Of a DNA stretch of 35,086 bases, positions 20,167-29,983 are shown one piece after another (positions within the stretch are counted from its first letter, which is position 1; each line of letters begins with the position of its first letter). Under the pieces are notes generated by a model, which was not told the DNA's origin, ran no database searches, and was given only the letters and a program-made list of their open reading frames with translations. The translations under genes and the position numbers were made by a program. This DNA is from Prasinococcaceae sp. CCMP 1430 (lineage: Eukaryota > Plantae > Prasinodermophyta). The DNA is taken from contig RQSC01000022.1 in the NCBI GenBank assembly GCA_013416795.1, forward strand, positions 222,720 to 257,805. Direction: 5' to 3'.

Positions 20167-20741
20167 CGTCCGCACACGCCGCCGCGTCCGCGCCCAGCGA
20201 GCGCACGCGCACGCGGCGGGCGCGCGGCGGGCGAGTCGAGAGCAGCCGGAGGCGCACGCGGCGTACGCCCGGCGGCAGCTTTAGCGACGCTTCGAAGAGG
20301 GGCGGGTCGCTGCCCTACTCGGGCGCGCGAGTCGAGGACGGGGTGAGGAGCAGGGGGTGCAGAACGAGCGCGTGGATGCGCGCGTCAGCGAGTGCGAACG
20401 GACAAACTCGAGCACGTGCATGCGTGCGCGCGCGCGCACGCGCACGCTCGCTCGCGCACCTCGACGGGGGCGCCGCGCGCACTCCCGGCGTACTCCTCGT
20501 CTCCGCCATCGCCGGGCAAGGCATACGCCTCGACGGTGCGCGCGCTGGACACAAGCGCGACGCGCTCGAGCGCCGCGCCCGCTGGCGCCGCGAGCGCAAA
20601 CGCCGCCTGGGTCGCACGGGCGGCAGCGAGGCGTTGCTCGACGCCGCCGCCGTCGCCGCTACCGTCGAGCAGCGCCTGGAGCGCGGCCACTGGGTCACCC
20701 CCACTTGCGGCTGCCCACGCGCAGGCGTCCAAGAGCGCCAT
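20167..20741 (-). CDS. C10orf88/PAAT (DUF4506)-like protein, N-terminal part, truncated by the N gap
   Basis: Exons 20741-20460 and 20314-20167 or beyond (GTGCGC...TAG intron). They give LERVALVSSARTVEAY...EEYAGSARG...LFEASLKL...VRLRLLS, which matches my recollection of the C10orf88 motif SSARNMEVY..GEEYCGTSRG...LKL...KIKLLS. Confidence 0.6.
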
Positions 20742-21370
20742 GCGCGCCGCCCGCAGACGAGCGTGTGGCGCACGCGACCCCGCGCACAGGTGTACTCGAG
20801 CGCAGAATCCGAATGCACGCACGCAGGCACGCGGACCGCCATGACATCCCCGCGGGCGAGCGCGCCAACCGCCCGCGTCTACCGCACAGGCAGCTGCGGC
20901 AGTGGCAGCGGCAGCTGCACGAGCCACGCGCTCGAGCGCGCCGCGCCGCGCGGGCGACGTGACTCATCGGAAAGCACGCGCTTCTCTTACGTGCACGCGG
21001 CGTCGTCCTCGGAGCACCGGCCGCGTGCGCGTGTGTCGGCGGTGCGGGGCATGTGGCGGTGTGCATGTGTGTGTATGCTGTGGCGCACCGCGTGGTTTGT
21101 AATACACAATGTCTGTCGGTGTGTGTGTGTGTATGTGTGTTAGTGTGTGTGTGCGCGTGCAGTCGGGTGCGCGGGCGAGTGCCTCAACGCTCGCCGCGGC
21201 GACCGACGCCGGTCACACCCGCCCGCGAAGACGCGAGTGCGCTTCGTCCAGCGAGTCTGCTGAGAAGTGCCAATGCGTGCGACTCGAGAAAACGACAGGT
21301 CGCGTTCGAGCGCACGCGTTGCCGCCGCTGGCCGCCCGGAGCGCGCACGTCCCGTCGGGGTCCGGCGCGC

Positions 21371-22662
21371 TCAGTAGCATGGTGACACGCCCAGCGCGCC
21401 GAGCTGCTTGCGCAGCTTCTCCACGCCCGAGCTCAGCTGGTCGTTGAACATCACCACGCGCGCGGCGGCCTGCATCGCCTCGTTGTGCGAGCCCCGCTGG
21501 AGGGCGTCGACCAGCACCTCACGCGAGCCTGCCCACACCGACATCGCGGGGGACAGGCCGCCCCCGCCACCGTTTGCGCCAGCGGCGCCGTTGGTGCCGG
21601 GCATGCCAGGCGGCATCGCGCCCTCCCCGAGGGGTGCGTGCATGTGTTGAGCGGGCGCGCCGGCGCCGACGCCGACGCCCTGCCCGTGGCCACCGCCGTG
21701 CAGCTGGTGCGTCTGCTGCGCGACACCGAGCGCGAACAGGTTGCCGGCGCTGCTGCCACCGCTGCCGCTGTCGCTGCGGCTGCCGCGGCTGTTGCCGAGG
21801 TTGTTTCCGAAGCCCGGCGGAGGCGCGTCCCATCCCGCACCGCCGACTGCGCCGCCTGGCCCGATGCCACCGCCGAGGCTCCCGCCCACGGGACTCGGCG
21901 CGCCCCATGTGTTGCCACCAGCCATCCCGCCGAGGCCAATCCCGCCGAGCCCGAGCCCGGTCGGATTGAGGTGCGTATGGGACTGCGTTTGCTGCTGTTG
22001 CGTTTGCTGCTGGTGCTGCGCCTGCTGTGGCAGGTGCTGCTGCTGCTGCTGCTGGTGGTGGTGCTGGTGCTGGCCATGCCCGCCCGGGCCCATCTGAGCC
22101 GCCAGGTGCCCAAGCATGTTCGAGTGCGTCGGTCCCGCCATCTGCGCTGACGCATGGCTGTGTGGTGTTTCATGCAGCGCCTGCGCTGGCACGGCGCCGT
22201 GCTGCGCCGCGTGCGCCTGCTGCTTAAGCAGGGCGGCGCCGTCGTCGCTGTTGAGCGTCGCGTCTGAGTGCGAGCGCGAGAGCGCCAGCGCCATCTGCTC
22301 CATCGCCTCGGCGGCCGAGGAGGCCGACGGCGACTTCCCGGAGGCCGAGCCCCCCGCCTGCGACGCGTGCGAGAGGTTCGACAGCTGGCCCATCGACGAA
22401 AAAGGGCCGCCCGATCCGACCATGCCGCCGACGCCGAGAGTCCCACCGAGGCCGCCCGGCGCACCCGGGATCGCCAGCGGGTCGCGGTCGGCCCCGAGCG
22501 CGTTGTCCGCCACCGCGCCTGGATCGGCGCCGACCAGCTGACGGCTGAGGCCGGGATCGCCCCACGCGGGCGAGGCCGGCACCGGCGGCGCCACGCCAGG
22601 CTGGCCCTGCTGTATGTGGACGGGCTGCGCGGGGGCGGCGAATCCCTGCTGCTGCTGCGGGA

Positions 22663-22699
<37 letters not shown>

Positions 22700-24588
22700 C
22701 TGCTGTTGCTGTTGCTGCTGCGGCGGCGGCGGCTGCGCCTGCGCCTCCCGCTGCTGCTGTTGGCGCTGCGCGCGCGACTGGCGGCCGTTTTGCGAGCCGC
22801 GGTCCCCGCCGCCGACGCGCGCGTTGGGCGGCGGGTTCCCGTTGTACAGCACCTTATCGAGCGCCGCCTTTCCCCTCACGCCTTGGTCGAGCAGCTCCTG
22901 GAGTTCCAGGAGCAGCGGGCTCTGCTGGTACTTGCCCGGCCGCCAGGCCTTGCCGTCCGGCGGCGCGAGCAGCACCTCGATCATGTAGCACGCGGCGGTG
23001 AGGGTGGGATCGTTGTCCGCCTGCACGAGCACGTGCAGCTCGTCGCCCGAGCCGTCGGGCCGCCCGTCCCGCCGCGGAGTGGAGTGGAACGTGCCGCCGT
23101 GGCCGCGCACGGCCACCTTCGCGCCGCTCGCCCTTTCGAGGATCTTCTGGTGGCTGCCGGTCGGCCCGATGACCAGGCCGACGAAGTTGAAGCCCGGCGA
23201 CTGGTCCAGCGGGATGTACACCTTTTTTGGGTGGCGTGGTGTGCGTTGTGGTTGTGGGTGGGTGTGGCGGCGGTGTGGGTGGTGCTGTGTGTGGTGTGGT
23301 GTGGTGTGGTGTGGTGTGGTGTGGTGTNTTTATGCATGGCTTCGCCTGAGCGATACAACTACACCACGGACGTGTTCGTTGGCGCGGCACTTAAGTGGCT
23401 TGACAACATTGCAGCGGCACCGGCGGCAGAAGGATCGGCCGAGCAGCGCCCGTTCTTTCTTTACCTCTCGTTGACGGTACCGCATGCTGGGGGCTGGACC
23501 GACAATGCCGCCGAGGAAGGCGCACCTGTGCCGACCGACCTCCAGTACGTCAATGAATCGTCGTGGCCCGACGTCGAGCGCGACCACGCCGCGGCAATCA
23601 CGTACATGGACACATGCGTGGGCGCGCTCGTAAGGAAGCTGCGGGCGCTAGGCGTCGAAAAAGACACGCTGGTTCTTTTCGCGTCGGACAATGGTGCGCA
23701 CTTGGAGGGCGGCCACGACGTGCGCTTCTTCAACTCGACGGGTGGCCTCAGGGGCCACAAAAGGTCCATGTTCGAGGGCGGCGTGCGATCTCCCACGATG
23801 GTGCGCTGGCCTGGAAAAGTGCGCGCGGGCAGTGTCAGCCGGGTGCCCTGGGCGTTCTGGGACGTGCTGCCGACGCTCGCCGAAGTAGCGGGCGCATCGA
23901 GCGCGGTGCCTGACGACGTCGACGGCAGGTCATTCCTGCGGACGCTGCTCGGCCCCGGGGACGACGGCGTCGAGGGAGAATTGCGTGGCGGCGCAGGCGT
24001 AGTCGGCGCGCGCGCGCGCCCGCGCGCTTTCATCACCGCGAATTGAAACGCGAGAAAGAGGTCAAAATACATCGCAATGCCGCTGTCTCCCCATATATTG
24101 GGTTAGGGTTTACTTAGCAGCTTCTATGTATGTATAATGACGTTTTACACCGCCGCGAGGGTTACGGTTGTTTATTCCGCTACAGAGCTCATTTTGAATA
24201 CAAATCTCTCATTTTGAAGAAATGACAGGTGACTCCCACCCCAAACTCGCACAGTCTGCGCCCTCTCCGTCGGGAGCACTTCGCGGAAGGTTTTTATTTT
24301 GGTTGGCGCTGCCGCGGCGGCGCGCGCGGGCCTGCCGGCGGCCTGCCTGCGCAGAGGCGGGCCCTTCGCGCGCGCGCGCACTGCGCACACAGCGCGCACA
24401 CACACGCGCGCACACACACACATTCACACACACACACACATTCACACACATTCACACACACGCACGCTGAAGGCACACACACCTGGCTCCACGCACACAC
24501 ACGCACACACACGCACATACACGCACACACACACGCACACACACAGTCGCTGCGCAGCGGGTGGAGCAGGCCCCTGTGTGGGTGGCAT
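21371..24588 (-). CDS. STAR/SF1-type KH-domain RNA-binding protein with long Q/G/H-rich low-complexity tail
   Basis: Main exon 23221-21371 reads VYIPLDQSPGFNFVGLVIGPTGSHQKILERASGAKVAVRG...LHVLV. Putative upstream exons 24588-24545 and 24346-24253 splice in frame to it. The main exon is solid; the 5' exons are tentative because an N lies at 23328. Confidence 0.75.
23329..24046 (+). pseudogene. Arylsulfatase (sulfatase family S1-like) internal fragment lacking the N-terminal catalytic CxPxR region and the normal C-terminus
   Basis: RPFFLYLSLTVPHA, AAITYMDTCVGALV..L...DTLVLFASDNGA, GLRGHKRSMFEGGVRSPTMVRWPGKV, WDVLPTLAEVAG and DGRSF. It starts right after the N at 23328, so it could instead be the intact tail of a mis-scaffolded gene. 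Confidence 0.75.
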
Positions 24589-24888
24589 CGGGTGGCTCTG
24601 CCGCCGCCCGGCGCCGCGGCAGAATCGCGAGCCGGATAGGGCGGCTTTTTTTGCCGCCGAAAATCGGAGGCGTTTTTCAAAAGGCGTCGATTGCACGTCG
24701 AAATGAACGCAATTTGATCGACGCCGAGCGATTTTCCGAGCGAAATTGACCATGCGTAAAATACAAATAAAGGCTTTGAGGCCTCAAAGACTGTATTTGT
24801 GAGACCCGACTGTACTGTATGTGATGGTGATTTTACGTACATTGGACTCGACCGAGACACGATGCCATAAAATGAGTCTTTCCGGTAT

Positions 24889-24949
24889 GGAATACCCGGG
24901 TTTATATAGGAATACCCGGGTTTATATAGGAATACCCGGGTTTATATAG
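24889..24949. repeat. Perfect 20-bp tandem repeat x3 (GGAATACCCGGGTTTATATA)
   Basis: Seen directly; units start at 24889, 24909 and 24929. Confidence 0.95.
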
Positions 24950-25457
24950 ACTAAGTCCCATCCTAAAGCCGAAATGTCCATGGCCCGTCCACGGAACAGC
25001 TCAAGGGAAAGGGAGGGTGGGATGCTGCGGCGCGCGCTCTACCGTACGGCCACAGTACGTGAATTGTTTAGGGTATGTGGCGTTGGCTTCGCTATCGCGC
25101 GCTGGACATCTACGTTTCACATGCGATTCGTCTTAAAACCAAACCCTTTATGCAGCCCCCTTCCCCGAACCTAAACCTACGCCCGGCGCGCGCGCCCGGC
25201 GAGGCGGAGCTCCTCCTCGCCACCAGGGTCTGCAATTGCTTTGATTCTGAACTATGCGTTTGCACGCACTCTGTGGTGGTGCGGTCAAATTTGGGTGTAT
25301 TGGTAATTAAACCGTAAACATGGTTTGGGTTACGCGTGTGCGCGTGCGTGTGTGTGTGTGTGCACGCCGCGTGTGCCTGTGTGTGGGAGGGGGGCGTGCA
25401 CGCGGCGCCACACCACCACCCCCTCCCGCTCCCCGCGCCCTTCCCCTCGCGGGGGGG

Positions 25458-26214
25458 ATGTCCGCGTGCCCGTGGTCCGCGCTGGGCGTGGCGCGCGGCG
25501 CGCCGCCGGCCGCCGTCAAGGCCGCGTACAAGGCGGCGGCGCTGCGGTACCACCCGGACCGCCACGCCGCGGCCGGGGAGGAGGCCGCCGCGCTCGCCGC
25601 CGAGCGCTTCANNNNNNNNNNNNNNNNNNNNNNNNNNNNNNNNNNNNNNNNNNNNNNNNNNNNNNNNNNNNNNNNNNNNNNNNNNNNNNNNNNNNNNNNN
25701 NNNNNNNNNNNNNNNNNNNNNNNNNNNNNNNNNNNNNNNNNNNNNNNNNNNNNNNNNNNNNNNNNNNNNNNNNNNNNNNNNNNNNNNNNNNNNNNNNNNN
25801 NNNNNNNNNNNNNNNNNNNNNNNNNNNNNNNNNNNNNNNNNNNNNNNNNNNNNNNNNNNNNNNNNNNNNNNNNNNNNNNNNNNNNNNNNNNNNNNNNNNN
25901 NNNNNNNNNNNNNNNNNNNNNNNNNNNNNNNNNNNNNNNNNNNNNNNNNNNNNNNNNNNNNNNNNNNNNNNNNNNNNNNNNNNNNNNNNNNNNNNNNNNN
26001 NNNNNNNNNNNNNNNNNNNNNNNNNNGCGTTGCGCCGGGGGCGGGCGCACGCGCGGGCAGGGGCGGCGAGGTCGGCGGCGGCTTCATGACCACGCAGGAG
26101 TACATCGCCGCGCGGCGGGCGCGGCAGCGCGCGAGGGAGGCCGCGACGGGCGCGGGGACGGCGCGAGCAGCGGGGCGCGCAGGCGGGGGCTTCGCCGCCT
26201 CCGCCGTCGAGTGA
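25458..26214 (+). CDS. J-domain (DnaJ/Hsp40-type) protein, interrupted by a 415-N gap
   Basis: PWSALGVARGA..AAVKAAYKAAALRYHPDRH with the HPD motif. A probable last exon ends with TGA at 26214, and TGTAA follows at 26232. Confidence 0.8.
25612..26026. other. Assembly gap (415 N)
   Basis: Run of N. Confidence 1.
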
Positions 26215-26418
26215 GCGGAGGAGACTAATACTGTAAGCGAGGGGCCGAGGGGGCCTGTTAATACCGCGCCGCGCGCACTCCGCCTGCGCGTGCGACCACG
26301 CGGCCGCGTGTGTGTGTGTGCGCGCGCGTGCAAGCTTGCGTGCACGGGCGCGTACGCGTGCGCGAGCGAGAGCGTGAGAGAGAGAGGGCGCGTGCGAGCG
26401 CGGTCGGTGGGAAAAAGC

Positions 26419-26714
26419 TCAGATCTCCCTCGTCGACGGGAACGAGCGCGTCGGGCTCGTCGCGCGACGCCTGGGCGATCTCGGCGATCGCCGCACCGGC
26501 GAGCGTGCACTCTTCGCCGCCGCCGGGGGGGTCGCCCCAGGCGTCGCGCCGGGGGAGGAGCCAAAGGCGCGCGGAGGGGGGGCGTGCAGCAGGATGCGCG
26601 CTCGGCGCCGAGCACGCTCGGCGCGCTGTAGAAGCGCGCGCCGACGGATGGTCCGCATGAGCCTCACCTCCTCCTCCCCGAGCCTCGCGGCGCGCGCCTC
26701 GAGCTCCGCCAGCT

Positions 26715-26746
<32 letters not shown>

Positions 26747-27723
26747 CTTGCGTCCGCGTCGTGTCCCCGCCGCCGTTGCTGCTGCGGCGTCGAGAACCGC
26801 GTGTCGTCGGCTTCGGCGTACGGCGCGTCCGCGCCCGCCTCTCGTGCCACCTCGCCGACGGGCGCGACGACGACGGCGCGCCCCTCGCTCGCGCCCTCGC
26901 GCGCGGCCAGCCCCGCACCCACGAGCACCTCGCGCAGCTTCCCGATGTCTGCGGCGGCCGCCGCGGCCAGCTCGTCAAACTTGCTTGGGGGGCGCGGGTG
27001 CGAGGCAGCCGCGTCCGCCGTCGACGCCGACGCCGTCGCCGTCGACTCCTCGCAGAGACTCAGCTGCGACTGTGGGGACGCGTTCAACACCTCGCTGGGT
27101 GGCTCCTCGCGCGAGCGCGAGCGTGCGCGCGCGTGCGCGCGCGCATCGCGGGCATGCAGTCGATCCTCGCCAACGAGGCGCTCCTCGCCAGGCCCACGCC
27201 GCGGGTCGTCGGCTTCTGCACCGGCGACGGTGACGGCCTCTCCGCCCTCGCTCAGCCTCTGGATCCAAGCCCGAGCACGCGCGCGCCTCGATGATTTCGC
27301 CTTGCCCGCCTGCGCCGCGGCCGCCACACCTCCGCCCTCGCGGCGACCGCCCTCGATCGCGTGCGCGCCTCCGCCAGCCCTCGGCCCCACGCCCTCGGCG
27401 GCGCCGCGCGCGTCCCTGTGTGGGCGCTTCGGCGGGCTGTCCACGAACTCCATGACCGCATCGTCAACGACGCCCTTCACCGCGGCACCAGCGCCCTGCG
27501 TTGTCGACTCCCCAACGCCGAGCTCGGCGACGCCCAGGGCGCAGCAGAGCGGCGAGTCCACGTCGCCCGTCGGATCGGCGCCGGCGGACGCCTCGCCACC
27601 ATCGTCGCCGGCGGCGCCCCCGCCGGCGCGCCTGCCGCGGCGCTCCCTCGCGCGCCGGCGGTGCGCGCGCACCTGCGCGACGCCAACCAAGGCGAAGAAG
27701 CACACCACGATAGCAGACGACAT
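26419..27723 (-). CDS. Hypothetical protein with a hydrophobic segment (AIVVCFFALVGVAQV) and a C-terminal coiled-coil/SP-rich region; 5' exons may extend to about 28430
   Basis: Open frame with coding-like composition; no family recognised and the exon structure is unresolved. Confidence 0.45.
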
Positions 27724-28724
27724 CGCGCGTGCGTCTGTGCCTGCGCCTGTACTTGTGTGCGTGAGTGCGTGCGTGCGCCGCACCCCGTCGCGCCGCGCCG
27801 CGCCGCCGTCGATCGGGTCGCGAGGATCGCGCACAGAAACGCCCCGCACGAATGAGAGGGGGCGACAGATGTGTAAGGGGGGTAGAGGTGGGGTGCAATC
27901 ACCCCCTCCGCCCCGCTGTACCCCAGAGGCGCGTGCTCTGCCTTGGCGCCCCCGCACGCCTCCCGAACGCCCGCAACAGCCCACGCGTTCGCGCCCGCAC
28001 GCGCAAAAAGAATACGCACGCTTTCCGACGCGCGCGTGGCAAACGCGCGCGCCCACGCCGCGGCGAAGCTGCCGCGTGGCTTTCTGCGGCGCCCCACCCC
28101 CCGCGCGCCCGGCGCTCGCGCCCGCAGAGCCGCTCGAGCCGTCGCTCGAGCCGCTCGCGCCGCTCGCGGGTGCGCCGCCGTTGCGCGCCGCAACCCACTT
28201 CCGGCCCCCGCCCGCTCCACCCGCGGCTCCGCCCGCTCTCTCGCCGCTCCTCGCTCGCTCGCTCCCCTCCTCCCTCCCCCGCGGCGCCGCGCGGCCCCGC
28301 CCCACCGCACATCCAGCCAGCCGCAGCAGCCCCGCACGCGCGTGCACGCGCGCGCCTCCCTCGGCCGGATTCAGCCGGTCGGGGAACTGCGCCCAATCCG
28401 GCCCCCTATCATCTCGCATGCATACCACCCAATCCTACCCACACAACCCACTCACCCCGAAATCCGATCCGCCGACCCACAAAACCTACGCCGCGGGAGC
28501 GCGGGCCGGCCGAGCCCGCACCCCGCGCCGAACCCAAAACGCGCGGCCGCGGCGCGAACACGCGCGATTAGTAATCCCCCTCCTACCGACTGAGCCGAGC
28601 TGAGCTGAGCTGAGTGAACTGCTCCAGCCAGCTGCCAGTTCACTGCCCAAAATTGAACCCTCTTTCTGTTACCCTAATAAGCGCATGCGATCGGGAGTTC
28701 TGCGAGCGCGACAGGGGTGTGTGT

Positions 28725-29254
28725 ACGTAAGAAGGGTTGCGGGTTAAAAGTTCGCGGGGTTAAAAGTTCGCGGGGCTGAAAATGCATTTGTGACTTTTGG
28801 GTTTTAGGGTTTAGGCATTTCGTAAAGTTCTGCAAAGCCGCCCAAATTCGCGGTGTGAGGGCGAGTGCGCATGTTCCTTCGGTGGATTTATGTCAGGCTT
28901 CTCCTCTTTTTGGTTTGGGTTAGGAATATTTCGCGGTGCATTACCGAATATGATTCCAACAGGATTCGAGGGATAATATGGATTCCACAATAAGGATTCC
29001 ATCCGCAACCCGAACCTTTAGGTCAAAACCAAGGTAAGCGAACCCGCGGGAAACACCCACGAAATCGAGGAGCAACGCAACCTAAACATGGGAGGGTTCA
29101 CTACTATCATTAAAAAGCATGAAACGTTATGAACTTTTAACCCACAAAGGGTTTTACGGAACGAATTTTGAGGTCCACACACGGCCCCCATTCGGATATG
29201 AAACCGCATGCGCACAAAGTTTGCGAACTTTTAACCCGCAATCCCTTTTTACAT
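28725..29254. mobile_element. MITE-like non-coding element bounded by about 31-bp imperfect inverted repeats
   Basis: Left arm 28725-28755 is ACGTAAGAAGGGTTGCGGGTTAAAAGTTCGC. The reverse complement of 29223-29254 is ATGTAAAAAGGGATTGCGGGTTAAAAGTTCGC (2 mismatches, 1 indel). No clear target-site duplication. Confidence 0.45.
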
Positions 29255-29630
29255 CCTAACCTCAGCTCGACACGAACCCTACCAGACCCTGTTTCAGGAA
29301 TTTACCTTACCCTAAATGCGCCCTCGTTGCCACCGTCATTCCGTAGGCAAAATAACTCCTAACCTCAACTCGACACGAACCCTACCATGTGTACACGCAT
29401 TTGTTGGGGGAACAAATAGACCCTATTTCAGGAATTTACAGTACCCTAAATGCGCCATCGTTAGCACAGTCATTCCGTAGGCAAAATACCTCCTAACCTC
29501 AACTCAACACGAAAACTACCATGTGTACGTACACTCGCAAAAGACACAGACCCTAACTCAGGATGTACCCCTTAATGCACCATCGTTGGCACAATCATTC
29601 TGAACGCAAAATCAGCTATAACCTTAACTG
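29255..29630. repeat. Diverged tandem array of 3 units (103, 134 and about 126 bp) plus a partial fourth
   Basis: Each unit starts CCTAACCTCA(A/G)CTC(G/A)ACACGAA and shares GACCCT..TCAGGA.TTAC...CCCT.AATGC.CC.TCGTT.GCAC..TCATTC; unit starts at 29255, 29358 and 29492. Confidence 0.9.
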
Positions 29631-29983
29631 GTGACTCATCTATGATGCGTACAGTATGCACAGCAACCCTACGGTGCTGTCACCACGCGCGGGGGCCGCG
29701 GGTTCCGTTGGATTCGCACGTTTTTGAAGGATTGTCGAGCGCTTACATATCATAGAGTAATATGGATTCCGTTGGATTCCGTCGGGTTCTTGGGGATTCC
29801 AGCGTTGAGGCGGGGGCGTTCCCCCGGGCGCTGCGGCGGGGGGCGGCAGCGGCGCGGGGCTGCCCCCCCACCCACACACACACACCACACACACACGCAC
29901 ATACACTGGGCCGGGGCGGGGTGGGGCCGGGCGCGGCAGAGGGCGCGCGGCGCCCGTCGCGGGGCCGCTGCACGCGCTTGCAG

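Noticed and set aside
22268-24046. 592-aa plus-strand ORF apparently fusing a Leu-rich region to a sulfatase
   Set aside because: Its first 350 codons are the antisense of the KH/polyQ exon and a GTG repeat, and it reads through an N; only 23336-24046 is sulfatase.
24640-24730. Two small hairpins (GGCGGC-T7-GCCGCC and GGCGTCGAT...ATCGACGCC) as terminators or ncRNA
   Set aside because: Short GC-rich stems arise by chance here, rho-independent terminators do not apply to a nuclear gene, and no RNA family was recognised.
24889-24949. 20-bp repeats as a mini-CRISPR
   Set aside because: They are head-to-tail with no spacers.
29255-29630. CRISPR-like repeat and spacer pattern
   Set aside because: Units are over 100 bp and diverged, the two inserts share a TGTGTAC start, one unit has no insert, and no cas or Fanzor-like ORF is visible in this eukaryotic context.
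28590-29760. Telomerase RNA or a true telomere
   Set aside because: Only isolated or degenerate telomere words occur, with no long TTTAGGG array and no recognisable USE/TATA-template-pseudoknot layout.
29762-29983. ATG 29762 as the SEC6 start
   Set aside because: The extension crosses a GGATTC repeat cluster and a CA tract and has no SEC6 similarity; a TTGCAG acceptor at 29983 suggests a spliced 5' end.
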